A stretch of DNA of 64,000 nucleotides from the NCBI GenBank assembly GCA_022837635.1, contig JALHFY010000002.1:5055-69054 (forward strand), given 5' to 3'. Under the pieces are notes generated by a model that did not search any database, had not been told where the DNA came from, and worked only from the letters and a program-made list of their open reading frames with translations. This document shows, piece after piece, positions 9,704-18,797 of the stretch. How positions within the stretch are numbered: position 1 is the stretch's first letter; each line of letters starts with the position of its first letter. The position numbers were made by a program, and so were the translations under genes. Source of the DNA: Candidatus Shapirobacteria bacterium. Its GTDB lineage: Bacteria; Patescibacteriota; Microgenomatia; UBA12405.

Positions 9704-10248
9704 TATAAGTTATCTTTTTCCCAGTTTTTAGGATTGTTTTTAATATACTTTTGAACAATAAAGAGTCGTTTGGGTGAATTGATAATTTCGTCGTAATAGC
9801 CAGATTGCCAAGCAAAAAGCAGATTATTTTGGCGGCAGCGACGAGTAACTGAGGACTTAAATTGGTTAATGATTAGAGGGATAATTTGTTTGGATTTTTG
9901 ATTTAATTTATTAAAAAAGTCGGGGTGGTTTTTGTGGGTATGAGTGATAATTTGAGATACGGGATTACCTTGTAGAGACGCCCCGCGGGGCGTCTCTACA
10001 GGAATGGAGATAAGCCAGTGAAGATGATTGGGCATAATCACCCACCCTAAAGAAAGAATTTCGGGATGAAAATGAATTGTTTTTGAGATTTCTTCAAAGG
10101 CAATTTGTCCGACGGAACTTAAAATAACCTGGCCATTGATGATTTTAGCCAAAAAACGATTATGTTTGTAAGTACAAATGGTAATAAAATAATGACCTGG
10201 ACGGGAATAATCCCAGTTTTTCAAACGACTGGATAAAGCACGGGGCAT
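9700..10248 (-). mobile_element. IS200/IS605-family Y1 (HUH) transposase, REP-associated tyrosine transposase-like
   Basis: HUH motif NHLHWLI and catalytic Tyr motif WQSGYYDEI; about 180 aa, stand-alone, with no flanking IS ends recognised. Confidence 0.65.
9972..9999. repeat. perfect 28-bp GC-rich palindrome inside the Y1 transposase ORF
   Basis: GTAGAGACGCCCCGCGGGGCGTCTCTAC is exactly self-complementary, GC-rich in an AT-rich context, and in frame (encodes ...ETPRGASLQGN...). Confidence 0.8.
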
Positions 10249-10266
10249 GAAAAAGTGTAACCTATT

Positions 10267-11013
10267 TTACATAAGTTCTGATAGATTTTGGAAGAGTGAG
10301 GCGATAGTCATGGGGCCGATACCGCCGAAGGTAGGGGTAATGTAAGCAGCTTTTTGAGAACAGGAAGCAAAATCAATATCGCCATTAGCCACATCGACAA
10401 TCACACTCCCCTCTTGGACCATATCACCGGTAATCAAGTGTTTAACCCCGGTGGCGGAAATTAAAATATCGGCAGTTTTGGTAAATTGAGAAATATCGGG
10501 GGTTTGATTGTTGAGGAGAGTAATGATGTTGGTAAATTGAGAAAAATATTTTTTGAGAGGTTGACCAACTAAATCAGAGTCGTTGACGACAACGATATTT
10601 TGATTTTTGAAAGAAATTTGATAGTGAGATAAAAGAGTAATGATACCTTTGACGACCGCTGGTAAAACACCTGAATCAGGGTTAAGACCGTCGACATCTT
10701 TGGTGGGAGAAATCAGACCCAGAAGTTCTTTTTGAGGGTAATTTTTAGGTAAAGGTAATTGAATAAAAAACCCAGAGACATCAGTTTTATTATTTAATTG
10801 AGTAATTAATTGTTTCAAAACCTGGGGCTCGGTTTCAGTCGGTAAATGATAGAGTCTAAAGTTGACACCAAGACGAAGACTGGCCTGTTTTTTGAGGTCG
10901 ATATATTTGAGACTGGAGGGATCATTGCCAACCAAAATAACATCCAAATTGGCATTCAGTTGAAGACTGTTAAGAATTTGTTCAGAGAGGTTTTTGCCGT
11001 CAAGGAGAATCAT
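10267..11013 (-). CDS. folD: bifunctional methylenetetrahydrofolate dehydrogenase/cyclohydrolase
   Basis: ...VILVGNDPSS..YI..K...DVDGL...GSVIVDVA...TPTFGGIGPMTIA matches FolD. Confidence 0.8.
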   Translation of the reverse strand: MILLDGKNLSEQILNSLQLNANLDVILVGNDPSSLKYIDLKKQASLRLGVNFRLYHLPTETEPQVLKQLITQLNNKTDVSGFFIQLPLPKNYPQKELLGLISPTKDVDGLNPDSGVLPAVVKGIITLLSHYQISFKNQNIVVVNDSDLVGQPLKKYFSQFTNIITLLNNQTPDISQFTKTADILISATGVKHLITGDMVQEGSVIVDVANGDIDFASCSQKAAYITPTFGGIGPMTIASLFQNLSELM

Positions 11014-11786
11014 ATTTTGGTCAAAATTTCATGACCCCGGGGGGTGACTAAAACAGTATGTTCAAATTGAGCAGAGAGAGAATTATCTTGAGTAAAGACA
11101 GTCCAGCCATCTTGTTGGTCAATAAAGACCTGCCAATTGGGAGAGGCATTAACCATGGGTTCAATAGTAAAGACCATACCAGGACGTAGGAGAAGATGAT
11201 TTTGAGGAGTGTCAAAATGGAAGACAAAAGGAGCCTCGTGAAACTTAAGACCAACACCATGACCACCCAAATCCCGAACTGGAGAAAAATTAAAAGAACT
11301 GACATAATCCTCGATGGTTTTACCCACAACTTCGTTTAGGTAGCGACCTGGTTTAATTTTTTTGATAGCCATATCAAGAGATTTCTTGGTAACTTCAATT
11401 AATTTTTGAGCTTGGGGAGAAATTTGGCCAATGCCAAAAGTGGCGGAAGTGTCACCATAGAAACCATCTAAAATAGTGGTCACATCCAGATTGATAATAT
11501 CCCCTTCTTTTAATAGATGCTTAGAACTAGGAATGCCGTGACAAACCACATGATTAACCGAAGTACAAATACTTTTAGGAAAGCCGTTGTAATTGAGAGG
11601 GGCGGGAATAGCGCCATGATCCAGAATGTATTGATGGGCTTTTTGATTTAAGAATTCAGTGGAAATTCCGGGTTTTAAAAAAGAAGCGGTATATTGGAGA
11701 GTCTGGGCGGCCAGACGACAAGATTTTTTGATACCGGCAATCTGTGACGGAGTTTTAATGGTAACCATCGCTTGATTATAACTCAT
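11010..11786 (-). CDS. map: methionine aminopeptidase type I
   Basis: HGIP, DIINLDVTTILDGFYGDTS, GHGVGLKFHEAP, FTIEPMVN metal-ligand motifs. Confidence 0.85.
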   Translation of the reverse strand: MSYNQAMVTIKTPSQIAGIKKSCRLAAQTLQYTASFLKPGISTEFLNQKAHQYILDHGAIPAPLNYNGFPKSICTSVNHVVCHGIPSSKHLLKEGDIINLDVTTILDGFYGDTSATFGIGQISPQAQKLIEVTKKSLDMAIKKIKPGRYLNEVVGKTIEDYVSSFNFSPVRDLGGHGVGLKFHEAPFVFHFDTPQNHLLLRPGMVFTIEPMVNASPNWQVFIDQQDGWTVFTQDNSLSAQFEHTVLVTPRGHEILTKI

Positions 11787-11825
11787 TTGACAAGGAGACT
11801 AAACTCGTACTAAAATAGTAGTAGT

Positions 11826-12386
11826 ATGAACAAAATAAATGTAATTCCTCTACCCTACGCTTATGAGGCCTTAGAGCCGGTAATTTCCAAGCAGATTATG
11901 GAGCTACACCATGACAAACACTATGTGGCTTATGTCAATGGAGCCAATGCGGCTTTGGAAAGACCTGAAAAAAATCGTGAAAGTATCCGTGATTTTAGTT
12001 TTAACTACAACGGAGCGAAAATGCATGAAGTCTTTTTTGCCAACATGCGACCAGCTAGAGAAAACAACCGACCTGAAGGTAAAGTATTAGAAGCCATTAA
12101 TAAAAATTTCTCTTCTTTTGAAAATTTTCAAAAAGAATTCAGTCAGGCGGCGGTAACAGTGGAAGGCAGTGGTTGGGCAGTACTTTGGCAAAATGAAGAA
12201 GGTGAACTTTTCGTGGGACAACTGGAAAAACATAATTTATTGGCTTTGAATGGAGCCAAGCCGATTTTGGTCTTAGATGTTTGGGAACATGCCTATTATC
12301 TGGATTATCTGAATGATCGTAAAAAATATGTCGAAGAATGGTGGCAAATAGTTAATTGGGATGATGTGGGAAAAAGATTAAATTAA
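11826..12386 (+). CDS. sodA: Fe/Mn superoxide dismutase
   Basis: LPYAYEALEPVIS...HHDKHY...DVWEHAYYLDY... Confidence 0.85.
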   Translation: MNKINVIPLPYAYEALEPVISKQIMELHHDKHYVAYVNGANAALERPEKNRESIRDFSFNYNGAKMHEVFFANMRPARENNRPEGKVLEAINKNFSSFENFQKEFSQAAVTVEGSGWAVLWQNEEGELFVGQLEKHNLLALNGAKPILVLDVWEHAYYLDYLNDRKKYVEEWWQIVNWDDVGKRLN

Positions 12387-12413
12387 TGCGGGGCTATGGC
12401 GTGCTAAACTGGA

Positions 12414-13175
12414 GTGATGTCGACAAGAGACCGTTACAAAACAGCCTGGAAAGGCGAGGTCGGTAAGTGGTACAAAAATTTAGTTGGAAAAACCGGTAGT
12501 TTTTATCATCGGGAAGTGATTTTACCGGGAGTATTAAGACTTTTGAATCTCAAAAAAGAGGAAAAGTTGTTGGAGTTTGCTTGTGGTCAAGGAATTTTGG
12601 GTAGGCAAGTGAAAAATGAATACTTGGGGATGGATTTGTCACCAGAACTGATAGCAGAGGCCAAGAGATTGGATAAGGATCCGAAACATTATTATTGGGT
12701 GGGTGATGTCAGTAGAGAGATAAAACTTAATAAAATTTATGACAAGGGAGTGATGATTTTGGCATTGCAAAATATCAAAAAACCTTTTGGAGTCATCAGA
12801 AATTTTTCTAAATATTTGAAGAGTGGTAGTAGTTTAGTTTTAGTAATCAATCACCCGGCTTTTAGAATTCCCAAACACAGTGATTGGGTGGTCAAAGATG
12901 GGAAACAATGGCGGATGGAATCGATATATATGAGCCATAAAGAAATTGAAATTGAGAGCAGTCCTTTTGATAAAAAAAATAATCAAAAATCCTTCAGTTA
13001 TCATTGGTCGATATCGGCGATATCAGAAATGCTTTTGGATAATGCTTTTGTCATCAAAAAAATTGAGGAATGGATTTCTCCCAAGAAATCGGAGGGAAAA
13101 ATGGCTAAAATAGAAGATGAAGGGAGAAAGGAGTTTCCCTTCTTCATGGCTATTGAAGCAATCAAATATGAATAA
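12414..13175 (+). CDS. class I SAM-dependent methyltransferase
   Basis: LEFACGQGILG (motif I) and GMDLSPELIAEA. Confidence 0.55.
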   Translation: MMSTRDRYKTAWKGEVGKWYKNLVGKTGSFYHREVILPGVLRLLNLKKEEKLLEFACGQGILGRQVKNEYLGMDLSPELIAEAKRLDKDPKHYYWVGDVSREIKLNKIYDKGVMILALQNIKKPFGVIRNFSKYLKSGSSLVLVINHPAFRIPKHSDWVVKDGKQWRMESIYMSHKEIEIESSPFDKKNNQKSFSYHWSISAISEMLLDNAFVIKKIEEWISPKKSEGKMAKIEDEGRKEFPFFMAIEAIKYE

Positions 13176-13449
13176 AAAATTTTTTATCAGTTCGGCAATT
13201 ATGGTGAGTCTGATAGTATTGGTGGCTTTTTTGGTGATAAACAGTCAAATAGAACTGAGGAAAAATAAAAAATGCCAACAAGAACGGATAATACCCATAT
13301 CGGAAAAATATTTTACTTGGGAAGGGATAAATGAATTGATTGGTAAGGGTGAATATCAACCGAAGTGTTTGTAGATCTTAAGAGTAATAATTTAGCATAG
13401 TTTGTGATATTATTAGACACATTTTAATTTATTTTAATATATTAAAAAA

Positions 13450-14295
13450 ATGAGAAATAAGGAATTACTTGGTGCTGTTAATCCTGAATCAACACTAGCT
13501 TTAAGCCCAGAACAAAGGCAAATTGAAGACGTACTCTTATCAAGCTTAGATGAAAATCAGCTGTTCTTATACTTATTGAAGGATAAATATCCTTTACTAT
13601 CAGATGATTTGAAGCCAGTTTTTATGGAAACCATTAATTTTGAAATGAAAAAAGAACTGAAAGTTTTAAATGATTGGATGGGAAGAGAATATAAACAGTT
13701 ATTCTTTTTATATGATGGCAATAAAGATGAACTTGATGAATATGAATTACGGTACGGGAGAGTAACAGACAATGAATTGTCAGAGTTGGTAAATGTTTGT
13801 ACGAGACAAAAAAGTAAATCAAAATATGTGATTAATGGTGGTAACCCAAATTTGCCCATCTTAACAGAGAATGAACAAAGGTTCGCAAAGGAAATTTCGG
13901 AGAAAGTGTTTAACGGAACAAGTAATACTTCAAGAAATTTAATAGAAGTTTGGTTGAAGAAATTAAAATTTATTAAAAAACTGAATGAACCGGATAATTT
14001 TTATCATTATTATGATATGTCAAAAGTTAATTTGGTAACACCGGAACAAATAGTAGATGATTTTTTAAATTCAATTCCAATAAAATGTAAAAACGGAAGT
14101 GGTTTTAATCCCTACAGTGTTTCATATTTAGTAGGAGGACAATTAATCAACCCAACTACTACCCCTTCAGGAATTGCTGATTATCGAACAATTTATGAAG
14201 AAGAATTTGGGATTTTACGGCAATTCTCCGAAATACTTGGACAAAATAACTTAAATGAAAGGGTAGATGATTTTTACAAAAAATATAAAGTCTAG
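13450..14295 (+). CDS. hypothetical protein (AT-rich gene)
   Basis: 281-aa ORF with no recognised motifs; gene and upstream region are markedly AT-richer than their neighbours. Confidence 0.35.
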   Translation: MRNKELLGAVNPESTLALSPEQRQIEDVLLSSLDENQLFLYLLKDKYPLLSDDLKPVFMETINFEMKKELKVLNDWMGREYKQLFFLYDGNKDELDEYELRYGRVTDNELSELVNVCTRQKSKSKYVINGGNPNLPILTENEQRFAKEISEKVFNGTSNTSRNLIEVWLKKLKFIKKLNEPDNFYHYYDMSKVNLVTPEQIVDDFLNSIPIKCKNGSGFNPYSVSYLVGGQLINPTTTPSGIADYRTIYEEEFGILRQFSEILGQNNLNERVDDFYKKYKV

Positions 14296-14299
14296 TTGT

Positions 14300-15295
14300 T
14301 TATTTAATTAAATTCGGTTGGGAGTTGAAGTTGATTTCGATGGGAAACAATTCAAAGGATTCTAATTTATTTTTGGAAAGTTGGAGTCGGGCGATTTGAG
14401 AGTGAGAAGTTTCGTAGGACCAGGATTGATCAAAAACGAAATTACCAAAAGAGTAAAAAATGGGTTTATTCCGATAAATTTCATAATCCTGCCAGACGTG
14501 AGGGTGATGACCATGAATAATATCAGCACCAGCATCAACTAATTGTTTGGCTAAATTAACACGCCAGGTTTCAGCAGTTGGCAAATACTCATTACCCCAG
14601 TGAATCGAAACAATGAGCCAGTCAACCTGGGAATCATATTTTTGAACATCATCTAAAAGAATTTGAGGATCCAATTTGGGATTGGAAATAAAATCATAAC
14701 CTAAAAAGCCAAAACGAATGCCGTTGACTTCTTTGGTGGCAAAGTCGGGAAAGTAAGTCAGATTAAAATCGGTTAAAAAATTTTTGGTTTGCAGATAACC
14801 CTCCTGTCCATAATTAAAAATATGATTATTAGCTAAATTAAAAACAAATTTATTTTCCTGAAGATAGGGTAAAAATCTTTCGTCACCACAAAAGGTGAAG
14901 GTACCGGTTTTACCTTCGGGACAATTGGTAATAATGGGACTTTCCAGATTGGCGATATTAAAATCGTGGAACTGAAGCCAAGAAGAAATTTTTTCAAAAG
15001 ACCAGTTAAAATTATTTTTACGGCGGGCAGTGGAGGTGATATGGCGACCAAGACCCAAATCGCCAACTAAACCAATAGAAACTACGGGAATGGGGGTGGG
15101 GGTGGCTGTGGGAGTGGAAGTGGGTTGGACAGTCGAATTAGATGAAGGAGTTATTTTTTTGGAGAACAGGATAGAATATAACAGACCAGATATGAATAAA
15201 AAGAGAATAGTGATTAAAATAGCGGTACTCCTCTGCGGAGCTTTGTTTTTAGGTGCTTGTAATGAGGGTAAAGCGGGTTTAGAAATATCGACCAT
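14300..15295 (-). CDS. CapA/PGA-biosynthesis family metallophosphoesterase, membrane anchored
   Basis: IANLESPI...NLANNHIFNYG...SIHWGNEY...DAGADIIHGHHPHV...SFGNFVFDQ are CapA/YwtB family motifs; N-terminal TM and a Thr/Pro linker. Confidence 0.7.
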   Translation of the reverse strand: MVDISKPALPSLQAPKNKAPQRSTAILITILFLFISGLLYSILFSKKITPSSNSTVQPTSTPTATPTPIPVVSIGLVGDLGLGRHITSTARRKNNFNWSFEKISSWLQFHDFNIANLESPIITNCPEGKTGTFTFCGDERFLPYLQENKFVFNLANNHIFNYGQEGYLQTKNFLTDFNLTYFPDFATKEVNGIRFGFLGYDFISNPKLDPQILLDDVQKYDSQVDWLIVSIHWGNEYLPTAETWRVNLAKQLVDAGADIIHGHHPHVWQDYEIYRNKPIFYSFGNFVFDQSWSYETSHSQIARLQLSKNKLESFELFPIEINFNSQPNLIK

Positions 15296-15974
15296 ACCGG
15301 CAGCTCAAGTATACATTAATGGCCGGCAAGCAGGCGAAAGTAAGTATAAAAATTTGAATTTAACGCCCGGAGAAATTGATTTGAAACTAGTGGCTTCTCC
15401 TGATCAAATTTGGGAGCGAAAAATCCGTCTAGAAAATAATGTGACTTCGGTAATTGGATGGAATTTTGACGAAGACAGTGGCTATATTTTATCCATGGAA
15501 AAGAGCGGTCGGCCCGGCAGTATTCTGGTTAATTCCAGTCCAGGAGGAGCGATTATTTCAGTAGACAATGAGATTAAAAATACGACTCCAGCCAAAATTG
15601 AAAAGATAGAGACAGGCGATAGAAAGTTGGCCATTAGTTTTCCAGGCTACAAGCAATTGAATCTGATGGTGAGAACAGTGGAGGGCTACCAAATGTTAAT
15701 TGACGCTAAACTGGGGGTGGATAAAAAACAAGTAGAAATATTGCCAACTGTAGCACCCATAGAAATTAAAAAAGAAATGGTAAAAATACTCTCAACCGGG
15801 ACGGGCTGGTTAAGAGTTAGAGAAACTCCTAGTGAAGCTGGACGAGAATTAGGTAAGGTAAATACCGGAGAAAAAATGGAACTTCTGGGAGAAGAAGGAA
15901 CTTGGTATCATGTAGTCTTTGGAGAACATCAGGGTTTTATTGCGAAACGTTATGCCGAAAAAATCGCAGAGTGA
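15192..15974 (+). CDS. lipoprotein with PEGA domains and C-terminal SH3-like domain
   Basis: Lipobox LLCGALFLGAC; repeated PEGA-like segments (YINGRQAGES..., ISVDNEIKNTTPAKI...); C-terminal WYHVVFGEHQGFIAKRY. The ORF-track start at 15030 is rejected. Confidence 0.5.
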   Translation: MNKKRIVIKIAVLLCGALFLGACNEGKAGLEISTIPAAQVYINGRQAGESKYKNLNLTPGEIDLKLVASPDQIWERKIRLENNVTSVIGWNFDEDSGYILSMEKSGRPGSILVNSSPGGAIISVDNEIKNTTPAKIEKIETGDRKLAISFPGYKQLNLMVRTVEGYQMLIDAKLGVDKKQVEILPTVAPIEIKKEMVKILSTGTGWLRVRETPSEAGRELGKVNTGEKMELLGEEGTWYHVVFGEHQGFIAKRYAEKIAE

Positions 15975-17007
15975 GACTAAAAAAGAGAATGGCAATACCT
16001 AAAAAGGCGTAAAATTTTTGCTGGCTATTAAGAAAGAGAGAGAGGATACCTAGAGAAAAACTAAGAAACCAATAAAAGAGAGAAATGCGACGACGGCCCC
16101 AACCTCGTTTGAGTAAGTGATGATGAAGATGATTGCCGTCGGACATTAAAGGCGGTCGTTTGTGCCAGAGTCGATAAGCAATCACAAAGATAGCATCAAG
16201 CATGGGTACAGCTAGTAAAAAAATCAAGGTGGCTAATTTAGCCCCGGAGAGAATAGACAGGACGGCCAACATAAAACCAGCCAGACTTTTACCACTATAA
16301 CCTGGCATAATTTTTTGAGGATAAAAGTTCCAAGGCAGGAAGCCTAAATAAGCACCAGAAACAATAAAGGCTAAAATAATCACCGGCCATTGAGTGGCAT
16401 CAGTGGAATAACGGAGAGCTAAAATGCCGATAAAGAAAGCAGAAATAGCCACAAAACCAGGCAGTTGACCTTCAACTCCGGCTGACCAACCAACAAAATT
16501 CATACACCACATAATCCAAAAAACGGCCACAATATCAGCTAAAAGCCAAATACTGTGAGGACCGAAAAAATTAAAATGGATTTGGGGTTGAGATAAATCG
16601 ATAATACCTCCAAAAGGATTGGAAACATAGGCAATACCAATACCTGAGGCCACGACAATTAAGGCTGAAAGAAGATTGGTAAACAAACGAAATTTGGGAC
16701 TAATGTCTTTGACGTCATCAACTAAACCAACAATGAGAGCTAAAGCCGCCGCCAAGAGAATACCTAAAAGATGTTTATCAAGAGGCAAAAAGATGAGTGA
16801 GGTAATTAGAATACTCAGAAAAATCGGTAAACCCCCTCCCCGAGGAACAATGGTAGTAGCGGTAGCATTACCACTTTTCTGTTGTTTGAGACGAGGATTT
16901 TCCAGCCATTTATGAGAAGTAAAAAATTTAATGACGGGAGGATATAAAGAATAACTAATAGTGGCAGAAATAAGGATGACTAAAAAGAGGTGGAGAGAAT
17001 CAATCAT
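15937..17007 (-). CDS. glycosyltransferase family 4 polyprenyl-phosphate sugar-1-phosphate transferase (MraY/WecA family)
   Basis: About 10 TM helices, VGLVDDVKDIS (DDxxD-type), MPGYSGKSLAGF..., DGNHLHHHLLKRGW. Confidence 0.7.
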   Translation of the reverse strand: MIDSLHLFLVILISATISYSLYPPVIKFFTSHKWLENPRLKQQKSGNATATTIVPRGGGLPIFLSILITSLIFLPLDKHLLGILLAAALALIVGLVDDVKDISPKFRLFTNLLSALIVVASGIGIAYVSNPFGGIIDLSQPQIHFNFFGPHSIWLLADIVAVFWIMWCMNFVGWSAGVEGQLPGFVAISAFFIGILALRYSTDATQWPVIILAFIVSGAYLGFLPWNFYPQKIMPGYSGKSLAGFMLAVLSILSGAKLATLIFLLAVPMLDAIFVIAYRLWHKRPPLMSDGNHLHHHLLKRGWGRRRISLFYWFLSFSLGILSLFLNSQQKFYAFLGIAILFFSLTLRFFRHNVSQ

Positions 17008-17378
17008 AGTGATAAGGAAATGATTTGAGTCACGGCAATAACTGAAAAAAGAGCGATAATAGGGGTAAAAATAACTAAAATTTTAGCGACGAAGTCTTTT
17101 TTGGGACGATAATAAAAGGCTAAGGAGTAATTGAAAATAATGGTTAGAAAGGTGAAGATGGGTAAGATAAAAATTGAAGAGGTTGAAGCCAACCATGAAG
17201 CACCCCAAGGACGAGAAAAATAGAGAGGAATTTGGGGCGGTAAATTTTTATAAAACCAGAGAATTAAAACAATTTGAAAAACAAATAAAATAAAAGAGAG
17301 CCTTAAAACAGGATAATTAAAAGGTTCCTGCCAAAATTTGCCAAGGCGGTCAAAAAAAAGGGAAATATTTTTGAGCAT
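17004..17378 (-). CDS. small polytopic membrane protein, hypothetical
   Basis: 124 aa, about four hydrophobic helices, translationally coupled to flanking membrane-protein genes. Confidence 0.3.
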   Translation of the reverse strand: MLKNISLFFDRLGKFWQEPFNYPVLRLSFILFVFQIVLILWFYKNLPPQIPLYFSRPWGASWLASTSSIFILPIFTFLTIIFNYSLAFYYRPKKDFVAKILVIFTPIIALFSVIAVTQIISLSL

Positions 17379-17383
17379 TGGGG

Positions 17384-18793
17384 CTACTGATTATAACGGT
17401 AAATAGAAGTATCACCAATTTGATCAACTAGATGATAATAGTGACTAATAAAACTGTCTAATTGAGGAAAAGGTCGAGAAGATTGGGGATGATAGATGAT
17501 TATAGTTGGAGTTTGAGATTTAAGTTGAGAAATAATTAAATCGTGACCATGAAAATCGACAATATGATAAGCCACTAAATATTTAGTGGCAGGCAAGCGT
17601 TGACTCAGAGGATAAAGATAAGCGTCATCACCCCAAACAAAAAGAGTATCTTGAGGAGAAGATAATGACTGAACACGATTGGCTATTTGATAAAAATCTG
17701 GCACTCGATAACCAAAAAAACGGTAATAATCATCACGAGACTTAAGATGAAGAGCATAGCTGTAAAAATTTTGATAATAGGAAAAAACGGGATAAAAATA
17801 AAACTTAAAATGAAAGAGAGAATAAAGGAGAATAAAAAAAGCTAAAAGTGAAGGTAAGAAATATTTAGAAAAATAAAAAATTAAGATACAAAGAGGAGGT
17901 AAAATCTGAATTAGATAATGAGGATAAGGACGCCCCGGTAAAAGAACACCCATTAAAGCGGCAAAAAACCAAGCAAAGATAAATAGGAATTGTCGGGAAA
18001 TTTTTTGATGGCGATATAAAATGTAACCAAAAATCCACAAAAGAAGCATAATAACCCCCCGTCCAAATAAGCCACTGGAAAAGAGATTGCTTTGGTGAGA
18101 GCCCGTACTCCAAGAGGAAAGATAACCAAAGTTTTGAAGTAAGGAAGAAACAAGAAAAGGCTGGAGAGCGCCTTGTTTCCAAAAATAAATCAAATACAAA
18201 AGTATCGGTAAGAAAAAAGCCAGGGTAAAAAGAAATAGATTTTTAAGTTTAATTAAAAGTTTGTCTTTGAAAAAAATCAAAATCCAAAGAAAAAAGAAGG
18301 CAAATTCGATAGCTACAGGAACTTTAATAGTAAAGGCAAAACCGAGTAAGAGACCAGAAACTAGATATAAGAGGCTAGAAACTGGAGGTTTAGAGAGAAG
18401 AAGATAGACAGCGGTGATAGTAGGTAGAAGCATGAAAATCTCAGCATTGGCAATATTACCTTCAAAAAAAGGAATAGAGGTAATAACTAAAAATAATAAG
18501 GTGGCTAACTTGGCTTGACTTTCTCCTAGGAATTTAAGAGCCAGACGGTAAAAGAGGTAGATAGTGGGCAGCATCCAAAGTAGAAGTAAGAGACGAAAGC
18601 CAAAAACAGTCCGTGATAAAGCGGCCAGATAATAGAGTGTGGGGGGTTTGTTGTCATGAATTTGGGAATAAAGTGTCAAACCACCACGAATCCCCTGGCC
18701 TAGAGCCAAATAAATACCTTCATCGCCATACCAGTAAGGTTCAAAAAGAGAAGGGAGACGTAAGAAGAAAAATAGAAGTAGAGACCACAGCAT
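17384..18793 (-). CDS. polytopic membrane protein, putative GT39/GT83-like (ArnT/PMT-type) glycosyltransferase
   Basis: 469 aa, more than 10 TM helices, N-terminal YWYGDEGIY-type loop; family assignment by architecture only. Confidence 0.45.
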   Translation of the reverse strand: MLWSLLLFFFLRLPSLFEPYWYGDEGIYLALGQGIRGGLTLYSQIHDNKPPTLYYLAALSRTVFGFRLLLLLWMLPTIYLFYRLALKFLGESQAKLATLLFLVITSIPFFEGNIANAEIFMLLPTITAVYLLLSKPPVSSLLYLVSGLLLGFAFTIKVPVAIEFAFFFLWILIFFKDKLLIKLKNLFLFTLAFFLPILLYLIYFWKQGALQPFLVSSLLQNFGYLSSWSTGSHQSNLFSSGLFGRGVIMLLLWIFGYILYRHQKISRQFLFIFAWFFAALMGVLLPGRPYPHYLIQILPPLCILIFYFSKYFLPSLLAFFILLYSLFHFKFYFYPVFSYYQNFYSYALHLKSRDDYYRFFGYRVPDFYQIANRVQSLSSPQDTLFVWGDDAYLYPLSQRLPATKYLVAYHIVDFHGHDLIISQLKSQTPTIIIYHPQSSRPFPQLDSFISHYYHLVDQIGDTSIYRYNQ

Positions 18794-18797
18794 TAGT

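Noticed and set aside
15030-15191. Upstream extension of the PEGA lipoprotein ORF
   Set aside because: The extension is antisense to the CapA gene. The signal peptide and lipobox start at the ATG at 15192.
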